Of a DNA stretch of 64,000 nucleotides, positions 57,189-64,000 are shown one piece after another. This DNA is from Eubacteriales bacterium. Lineage in GTDB: Bacteria > Bacillota > Clostridia > Oscillospirales > CAG-272. How positions within the stretch are numbered: the first letter of the stretch is position 1; each line of letters starts with the position of its first letter. Under the pieces are notes generated by a model, which saw nothing but the letters and a program-made list of their open reading frames with translations, searched no databases and was not told the origin of the DNA. Made by a program: the position numbers and the translations under genes. Location of the stretch: assembly GCA_051867875.1 (NCBI GenBank), contig JBJDZG010000025.1, forward strand, positions 18,101 through 82,100, read 5' to 3'.

Positions 57189-57336
57189 ACATTTGAAAAA
57201 ACGAATAAATTACTGTTGGTGGAGGTTCACATGCCCGAAAGAATTGAAAGGGCAGAGGTTGCACCGAAAAGATTTAGGAGAGAAAGGAAAAAGTTAATTA
57301 AATCAGCTCGGGTGTAATATTCGTTTTTTCAAATGT
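57189..57336. repeat. Inverted repeat of about 24 bp (57189-57213 / 57314-57336) enclosing about 100 bp
   Basis: ACATTTGAAAAAACGAATA (57189-57207) is the perfect reverse complement of TATTCGTTTTTTCAAATGT (57318-57336). Pairing extends to ..TTAC/GTAA. Confidence 0.8.
57231..57317 (+). CDS. Speculative 28-aa basic small ORF inside the inverted repeat
   Basis: MPERIERAEVAPKRFRRERKKLIKSARV. GGAGG lies 5 nt upstream of the ATG. No homology evidence. Confidence 0.2.
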   Translation: MPERIERAEVAPKRFRRERKKLIKSARV

Positions 57337-57449
57337 TTGGAAATAATTCAAATTTATGGGGATTTTTAATCCTATTTTATTATAGTATAAATTTCGACAA
57401 AAATCAAGTGTGTTTTTGAATAAAATGTTTTGAAATTGTAAACTTTATA

Positions 57450-58706
57450 TCAACAATGGGGCAAAATGAGCAAAATTTCTTTGAGAGCGCGGCTGCAAGC
57501 GACCTTTCGGATATATTCGCGGTCGCGTCGGCTCGGAATGTGGAGTTCAACCGCGAAATTTTTATGTGCGGTGGACACTCCGACAAAGACGGTGCCGACG
57601 GCTTGCTTTGTTGCGGGGTCGGGATTTGGTCCTGCCTCACCCGTGACGGACACGGCTATATCCGTATGAAGGCGCGCGCGTGCGCCCTCTGCCATCTCTA
57701 TGGCGGTCTCGGTGGACACGGCGCTGAATTTTTCAAGCGTTTTTTCGCTGACACCGAGCAGATTTATTTTCGCTTCGTTTGAGTAGGTGATAAATCCACC
57801 CGCGAAAACCTTTGACGCGCCCGCGATATCGGTTATTCTCTTTGAGAGATAACCGCCCGTGCAGGATTCGGCTGTGGCGAGCGTCAGTTGCTTTTGAGCG
57901 AGTCCTTCGACTACCGCTTTTTCAATTATTTCGGCGTCAAGAGCGTAAATGAACTCGCCGACGGGGCTTGCTTTGACCTTTTCTATCATCTCAGAGCAGA
58001 GTCTTTCTCCCTCCTCCTCACTCGCAGAGAGGGAAGCGACGCGCAGGCGCACCTCGCCCTCTTTTGCGTAGGGTGCGAGCGTGGGATTTGTGCTATCCCT
58101 CATGAGCGTACGCAGGTGCATTTCCACTTCACTCTCGCTCATTCCCATTATGTGAATGTTTCTCGATACGAGTATTTTATCGCTGAGCTTTTTGAGCCTC
58201 GGCATAACGGACTCCTCGAACATAGGGCATAGCTCAAAGGGCGGTCCGGGCAGTAAAATGACGGTTTTGCCGTCTTTTTGAATGTAAATTCCGGGTGCTG
58301 TGCCCGTTCTGTTCGGAAGTGCTTCTGCACCCTCGGGAATGTCCGCCTGCTTTGCGTTATTGGGTGACATTTTTCGTCCCGAGGACGCGAAATGCTCCTC
58401 AATTTCGCGCAAAATCCGCCCGTCGCGGTGCATTTTCAGTCCCAAGGCTTCTGCTACCGTTTCCTTCGTAAGGTCGTCGTAGGTGGGACCGAGTCCGCCG
58501 CTGAGAATGAGTATATCAGAGCGCGAGAGTGCCTCGACGACGGCGTTCTTCAAGCGTTTGGAATTATCGCCTACGACCTCGGTGTGATAGACGGAAATGC
58601 CGAGAGAAGCGAGCTTCTTTCCTATATACGACGCGTTTGTGTTAACGACCTCGCCGAGCAAAAGCTCCGTGCCGACACACAGTATTTCGGCGGTTTTGTT
58701 TTTCAT
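57450..58706 (-). CDS. cinA: Competence/damage-inducible protein CinA (MoCF-like plus PncC nicotinamide-nucleotide amidase domains)
   Basis: AEILCVGTELLLGEVVNTNA N-terminus and TAESCTGG in the C-terminal domain. ATG 58706 lies after CAGGAGGG. Confidence 0.9.
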   Translation of the reverse strand: MKNKTAEILCVGTELLLGEVVNTNASYIGKKLASLGISVYHTEVVGDNSKRLKNAVVEALSRSDILILSGGLGPTYDDLTKETVAEALGLKMHRDGRILREIEEHFASSGRKMSPNNAKQADIPEGAEALPNRTGTAPGIYIQKDGKTVILLPGPPFELCPMFEESVMPRLKKLSDKILVSRNIHIMGMSESEVEMHLRTLMRDSTNPTLAPYAKEGEVRLRVASLSASEEEGERLCSEMIEKVKASPVGEFIYALDAEIIEKAVVEGLAQKQLTLATAESCTGGYLSKRITDIAGASKVFAGGFITYSNEAKINLLGVSEKTLEKFSAVSTETAIEMAEGARARLHTDIAVSVTGEAGPNPDPATKQAVGTVFVGVSTAHKNFAVELHIPSRRDREYIRKVACSRALKEILLILPHC

Positions 58707-58867
58707 ATTACCCTCCTGCACGTTTTTCAGATGCGGTTCGGTTTTATCGCGCCGCATTTCAGTTACTATAATTATTATACTACAAAGGCGGGATAAAATC
58801 AATTAGGACTTGAAAAGTTTTGTGCGATGATGTATAATTTATTAAAACGGGAGAGGAGGAGAGAAGA

Positions 58868-59746
58868 ATGGCAAAATGCTTTTCGTGCCCGAGGGGGTGC
58901 GCGGTTGACAGGGAAGCGGGCGAGCGCGGATTTTGCGGCGTCGGCTCGGAATACGTTATCGGCTCGGCAGACCTTCATTTTTGGGAAGAACCGTGCATAA
59001 GCGGTGCGCGCGGTTCGGGAGCCGTTTTCTTTTCGGGCTGCAATTTGCGCTGTATTTTCTGCCAAAACAGAGATATCAGCCGTTCGCTTTGCGGTGAGGT
59101 TTACAGCGAGGAGCGTCTGATAGACAAGATGCTTGAACTACAAGAGCGCGGCGCGCACAATATTAATCTCGTAACGGGAACGCCGTATTCGCTCTTCCTT
59201 GCGAAAACTCTTGAGAGGGCGAAGCCGAGGCTTTCCATACCGATTGTCTACAACTGCGGCGGCTACGAGTCGCAGGAGTCGCTTTCGGCTCTTGACGGGC
59301 TGATTGACGTATATTTGCCCGATTTTAAGTATTTTTCACCTGAAATTTCGGAAAAATATTCTGCGGCGCGCGATTATTTTGAGGTCGCTTCACGCGCGGT
59401 GGCCGAAATGCACCGACAGGTCGGCGAACTTACGCTTGACGAAGACGGGATTGCCGTGCGCGGGCTTATCGTGCGCCATCTGGTGCTCCCCTCGCATAGA
59501 GAGGACAGCCGTGCCGTGCTCTCGGCACTCTCGGAGCTTCTGCCCGCGGGTGAGGTAACTTTGAGCCTTATGCGTCAGTACACGCCCGATTTTGCGGAGG
59601 CGGACGCGCCGAAAAATTTGCACCGCCGTGTTACGAGCTTTGAGTACGACGACGTGCTCGCCTTTGCCGAAAGCCTCGGATTTTCGGGCTATTCGCAGGC
59701 AAAGGAGTCGGCTAAAAAGGATTTTACACCTAAATTTATGAGTTAG
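58868..59746 (+). CDS. Radical SAM protein (PflX-like activase family)
   Basis: CNLRCIFCQN is a CxxxCxxC motif. An N-terminal Cys cluster CFSCPRGC is present. 292 aa. Confidence 0.8.
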   Translation: MAKCFSCPRGCAVDREAGERGFCGVGSEYVIGSADLHFWEEPCISGARGSGAVFFSGCNLRCIFCQNRDISRSLCGEVYSEERLIDKMLELQERGAHNINLVTGTPYSLFLAKTLERAKPRLSIPIVYNCGGYESQESLSALDGLIDVYLPDFKYFSPEISEKYSAARDYFEVASRAVAEMHRQVGELTLDEDGIAVRGLIVRHLVLPSHREDSRAVLSALSELLPAGEVTLSLMRQYTPDFAEADAPKNLHRRVTSFEYDDVLAFAESLGFSGYSQAKESAKKDFTPKFMS

Positions 59747-59760
59747 TCGGTTGTGTTGAC

Positions 59761-60264
59761 GTGTTCGCACCGCACCCGTTCTGCGTTTTCGCCCGCCTTT
59801 TGTAAAAGGCGGCGCGGTCAAGGGCGCGTAGCCCTTGTCGCCGTCGTAACGACGAAATTTTCTCTCGGCGTCTCTTTTTGTTAGCTTTTTCTCTGCGCCT
59901 ATTTGGTCAGAGAAAAAGCGGGCAACGAGTTTTGGTGTCCTCGCGGCTACACGCTTTTGAAAATACGATACGGGGCGTCGGGGACGTCGCCCCCTACGGG
60001 GTAGGTGCGGGCACCGAGCGCTTTTCTGTGTTCGCACCGCACCCGTTCTGCGTTTTCGCCCGCCTTTTGTAAAAGGCGGCGCGGTCAAGGGCGCGTAGCC
60101 CTTGTCGCCGTCGTAACGACGAAATTTTCTCTCGGCGTCTCTTTTTGTTAGCTTTTTCTCTGCGCCTATTTGGTCAGAGAAAAAGCGGGCAACGAGTTTT
60201 GGTGTCCTCGCGGCTACACGCGTATGAAACGCGATGCGGGGCGTCAGGGACGTCGCCCCCTACG
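59761..60264 (+). repeat. Tandem REP/BIME-like array: a 194-bp module at 59761-59954 and 60028-60221 (identical), each followed by a forward REP core (59971-60000, 60237-60264)
   Basis: Base-by-base comparison shows 194/194 identity between the modules. The REP-bearing linkers have diverged. Period is 267 bp. Confidence 0.9.
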
Positions 60265-60359
60265 GGGTAGGTGTGGGCACCGTGCCCAAACCGAAATATA
60301 TTGATTTGGAGAGAAAATTTAATATAATTGCCGTATATGCTGTCGTGTATATTATCGAA

Positions 60360-61364
60360 TCATCTTTCAGCAAACGTATATTCGGAGCAGTTGTCGAGGG
60401 TGTCGAAGTAGTAGCCCTCGCTTTGAAGATAGGTCATAAGGTAGCGGAGATTATCACGGCACTTACCGAAGTCGTGCATAAGCACTATAAGCGGCTCGGA
60501 ATTTTCCTTGGCGGACTCAAGGCTCGCTTCAAGGGAGCGCATATAATAATCTCTATCGCTCTCGCCCTCGTGGCGATAACTGTTATCTCTGTCATTGGTG
60601 AGAGCCGTCCAGTCGTAGACAGAGTAGCCCATATTGCGAAGCTCGTTTATGTACTCCTTAGCCTCGCCCTTGGTAAGTCTGCCGTTTGAGGAGCTGCCGC
60701 CGGGGAAGCGTATTAGCTTTGGCATTTTATCAAATTCGTCGCCGAAAATGTACCTCATCCCGTCCTCGTAGCGTTCAACCTCTGCTTTGAATTTGCCAAA
60801 TGAAGAATATATATCGTCATATTCGTGTGTAAACGAATGACAGCCGATAAGATGACCGCGCTCCGCGGTTTCTCTCATTTTGTCGGGGTAAGTCTGCGCG
60901 TTCTTTCCCTGCACGAAGAACGTCGCTTTGGCGTCAAATTCGTCGAGGATATCGAGAATTTCGATAGTATTATCCCTTGTCGGTCCGTCGTCGAAGGTGA
61001 GGTAGATGACCTTATCGGGAGCAACCTCATTCGCGTGCAATTTAACGCTCGTGCCGAGCTCGACGAGAATTTTTCCGTCTTCAACTTTACCTGAATACTC
61101 AAAGCTCAACACGCGGTTGGGAATTTTCGAGCCGGCGGGAACTATTTCGTAAGTTATCTCAGCGCCTTCAAGCGTTGCCTTGGCTTCGCCGAGGTTCATT
61201 CCGTCAAGGTTTGGAATGGAGATATACTGAATTTCGGGGTCTGTCTGCACGACGGGCTCGGAGAGCAGCTTTTGCATAAGCGTTGCACATAGAATTACGA
61301 GAATTACAAGGCAAACGGCAAGTGTGCCGAGCAGTATATACGTACTTTTTTTATCTTTAATCAT
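60360..61364 (-). CDS. Membrane-anchored polysaccharide deacetylase (NodB homology) with a PASTA-like N-terminal module
   Basis: YLTFDDGP, GHLIGCHSFTH and LMHD motifs with an N-terminal TM. Confidence 0.85.
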   Translation of the reverse strand: MIKDKKSTYILLGTLAVCLVILVILCATLMQKLLSEPVVQTDPEIQYISIPNLDGMNLGEAKATLEGAEITYEIVPAGSKIPNRVLSFEYSGKVEDGKILVELGTSVKLHANEVAPDKVIYLTFDDGPTRDNTIEILDILDEFDAKATFFVQGKNAQTYPDKMRETAERGHLIGCHSFTHEYDDIYSSFGKFKAEVERYEDGMRYIFGDEFDKMPKLIRFPGGSSSNGRLTKGEAKEYINELRNMGYSVYDWTALTNDRDNSYRHEGESDRDYYMRSLEASLESAKENSEPLIVLMHDFGKCRDNLRYLMTYLQSEGYYFDTLDNCSEYTFAER

Positions 61365-61540
61365 TTTTATTTCCTTTTCGCAAAAGTTTATATGTGGTAC
61401 TTATATAATTCTATCATCATTTCACTTTGTTTTCAAGAGATTTTTTGCGCTTTTCGTTAATATTTTTCTCTATCTATTGCAAGCGCGCGAAAAAAGTGAT
61501 AAAATAGATATAATTTAGTATATAAAGGAGGTTTTTATAT

Positions 61541-62944
61541 ATGCAATTTTCAGAATTTTTGAATTCAAGACGCGCCTCGGCGCGCGCGCTCGTTGCAGAG
61601 CTCGGCACGCATTTTGAGTACGTCGGCATTCTCGGCACGGACGTAAAATCAAGCTCGGTCCGCGTTAACAGAAGCGTTTCCGATATCGGCGAAGGCGGCG
61701 GGGCTGAGTGCGGTTTCGTCGTTAAGATGCACAACGGACGCTCTTTCTTTGAATACTCCGTTGACGATATTTCGGGCGACGCTCACGCGCTTGCAGAGAA
61801 GATTATTTCTTCTGTCAAACTCGAAGAAGGTCTTACCGATGCCCAGATAAGCGTTCCCGCTCCGAAAGATGAGCCGATGGTGAGGTCATTTGCGCGCGAG
61901 TGCGATTTTGACAGCTTTTCCGACGAGGAGCTCCTCGCAAGATGCACGGAGATAAGAGATGACATACTTTCAAGAAGCGACAAGCTGCTCAACGTTATCG
62001 TCGCGGTGATGCCCTTTACCGTTTCAAAGCTCTTTGTGTCAAAGAACCGCGAGCTTGACCAATTCTATTCTTGGGTAAACGTTATGGCTATGGCTGTTTA
62101 CCGCGAGGGTGAAAAGATGGTTATGGCAAGAGAGGGAACGTACTCAAATCTTCTTTCCGAGGCTCTCGGAGAGATTTCAGAGCATATTCCCGCGCTCATT
62201 CACAAATGTGAAAAGCTCGCAACTGCAAAACCCATCGTTCCCGGTGTTTACGACGTAATCACGGACCCCTCAATCACTGGACTTATCGCTCACGAGGCGT
62301 TTGGCCACGGCGTTGAGATGGACCAATTCGTAAAAGACCGTGCGCTTGCAAAGCACTACGTCGGCGAATATGTGGCAAGCCCTATTTGCAATATGCACGA
62401 CGGCGCGTGCGCGACGTTCTCGACGGCTTCGTATTTCTTTGACGACGACGGCGTGCTTGCTCACGATACGCAGATTATCAAGGACGGAATCCTCGTTGCA
62501 GGTATCAGCGACCTCGTTTCCGCAACCGAGCTCGGCACAGAGCCTACGGGCAACGGCAGACGTCAATCCTACAAGAGAAAGGCTTATTCGCGTATGACGA
62601 ACACGTTTTTCTCGCCCGGCAAGGATAAACTTGAGGACATGATAGCGTCCGTAAAGCACGGATATATGCTTTTTGAAACTAACAACGGTATGGAAGACCC
62701 GAAGAACTGGCAGATTCAGTGCACTGCGGAGTACGGAATAGAGATAGTTGACGGCAAGCTCACCGACAACTATGTTTCTCCCGTCGTTATGAGCGGTTCG
62801 GTTCCCGAGCTTCTCAAATCAATTTCCATGGTTTCCGATGATTTTAAGATTATCGGCGCGGGCTCCTGCGGTAAGGGCTACAAGGAATGGGTAAGAGTAT
62901 CCGACGGCGGACCTGCCCTGAAAGTGAGGGTGAAATTAGCATGA
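61541..62944 (+). CDS. tldD: TldD/PmbA family metallopeptidase (TldD-like)
   Basis: HEAFGHGVE (HExxxH) and GNGRR motifs. 467 aa. Confidence 0.85.
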   Translation: MQFSEFLNSRRASARALVAELGTHFEYVGILGTDVKSSSVRVNRSVSDIGEGGGAECGFVVKMHNGRSFFEYSVDDISGDAHALAEKIISSVKLEEGLTDAQISVPAPKDEPMVRSFARECDFDSFSDEELLARCTEIRDDILSRSDKLLNVIVAVMPFTVSKLFVSKNRELDQFYSWVNVMAMAVYREGEKMVMAREGTYSNLLSEALGEISEHIPALIHKCEKLATAKPIVPGVYDVITDPSITGLIAHEAFGHGVEMDQFVKDRALAKHYVGEYVASPICNMHDGACATFSTASYFFDDDGVLAHDTQIIKDGILVAGISDLVSATELGTEPTGNGRRQSYKRKAYSRMTNTFFSPGKDKLEDMIASVKHGYMLFETNNGMEDPKNWQIQCTAEYGIEIVDGKLTDNYVSPVVMSGSVPELLKSISMVSDDFKIIGAGSCGKGYKEWVRVSDGGPALKVRVKLA

Positions 62945-64000
62945 CGGAAAGAGTTATTAACATACTTAAAAATACCGACGGTATCAGCGACTGGCGCGTA
63001 ATTACCAAAAATACGGAATCGACGGAGCTCTTTTTCGTTCACCGCTCGCTTGAAACGGTCAGAAGCACGGACACGACGGATATTAAGGTTACTGTCTACG
63101 TCGCGCACGACGGCAAGCTCGGCGAGGCTACATTCTCCGTCTACGCCTCTTACGGCGACGAAAAGATTGCAGAGGAGATAGAAAAGGCTAAGAAGAAGGC
63201 AAATCTTATTTCCAATCAGTATTACGAGCTCCCCGCAAATGAGGTAGGCGAGTACATCTCAAAGTCCAATTTTGCGGACTACGAGCCAGCAAAGCTCGCT
63301 TCTCTTATTGCTCACGACTGCTTTGAGGCGGACAATGTTGAGGGCGGTTCGATAAATGCGCTTGAAATCTTTATCTACAAGGACAGAATTACAGTAAAGA
63401 ACAGCCGCGGAATTGACAAGAGCGATATTTCTTACAGCGCGATGGTTGAGGCTATCCCGACCTTTAACGGCGAGGAGTCCGTTGAGCTCTACGAGCAGTA
63501 CAATTTTACGGAATACGACCACGCTCTCGTTCTTGGGGAAATTTCCGCGAAGATGAGAGAGGTGCGCGACAGATACGAGGCGAAGGTGCCGAGCGAAAAG
63601 CTCTCCTGCCCCGTCGTGCTCGGCGCACCCGAGCTTGAGTCGCTCTTCGCAAGCCTTATAAGCAACCTTAATTTTGCTTCCGTTTATCAGCACGCAAACG
63701 CATTTAACGTCGGCGACGACATTCAAAAAGGAGCTCTCGGCGACCGCTTGACGCTTACTATGTGCGGTGAGGTTAAGGGAAGCGTTCGTTCCGCGTCCTT
63801 TGACGGCGACGGTGTTACACTTGTTGACACGAAGATAATCGAGGACGGCAAGGCGCACGTTCTCTTCGGCGGTACGCGCTACGCGCAGTATCTCGGCAAG
63901 CAGGCTACGGGCAATCTCGGCTGCATAAGCGTTGAGTGCGGTACGCTTACAGAGAGCGAAAAGAGAAGCGCTCCTTATTTCAGATGTGCTTCAATGTCGG
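62941..64000 (+). CDS. TldD/PmbA family protein (PmbA/TldE-like), 3' end outside the window
   Basis: ATG 62941 overlaps the tldD stop (ATGA). The frame stays open to the window end. The pairing with tldD is typical. Confidence 0.7.
   Translation, partial: MTERVINILKNTDGISDWRVITKNTESTELFFVHRSLETVRSTDTTDIKVTVYVAHDGKLGEATFSVYASYGDEKIAEEIEKAKKKANLISNQYYELPANEVGEYISKSNFADYEPAKLASLIAHDCFEADNVEGGSINALEIFIYKDRITVKNSRGIDKSDISYSAMVEAIPTFNGEESVELYEQYNFTEYDHALVLGEISAKMREVRDRYEAKVPSEKLSCPVVLGAPELESLFASLISNLNFASVYQHANAFNVGDDIQKGALGDRLTLTMCGEVKGSVRSASFDGDGVTLVDTKIIEDGKAHVLFGGTRYAQYLGKQATGNLGCISVECGTLTESEKRSAPYFRCASMS

Overview
This 64-kb window looks like chromosomal DNA from a Firmicutes/Clostridia-type anaerobe. 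GC is about 50-55% by eye, -35/-10 promoters are near consensus and RBSs are GGAGG-type. Product calls rest on motif recognition only, since no database search was run. Most of the window is housekeeping or metabolic: holA, rubrerythrin, an oversized Opp-type peptide ABC transporter, RNase J, a PrsA-like foldase, a phospholipid/undecaprenyl-phosphate cluster, nifS-nifU-rrf2, a maltodextrin/starch locus, tRNA-Glu and tRNA-Met, a GlpA-like three-gene set, proS, ftsW/rodA, cinA and tldD/pmbA. The main finding is at 18.5-24.6 kb. A small serine recombinase sits next to a 147-bp invertible segment bounded by about 20-bp inverted repeats. The segment carries a near-consensus promoter that currently points away from a three-gene operon, so the switch appears OFF. 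The operon encodes a 4x zinc-ribbon repeat protein, an 1177-aa prepilin-signal protein and a membrane-anchored Big_3-like protein. Its last two genes are markedly AT-rich. The intergenic regions also hold three repeat systems. One is a REP/BIME-like family (GTAG plus a 22-nt GC-rich palindrome, at least 13 copies in 5 clusters, including a REPIN-like doublet in two inverted copies 40 kb apart). The second is a roughly 205-nt structured element (2 copies) with compensatory stem changes. The third is a tandem 134-bp repeat carrying the 3' end of tRNA-Glu. Smaller observations include large insertions in both Opp ATPases, an in-frame amber codon in a metallophosphoesterase and two unannotated small ORFs.
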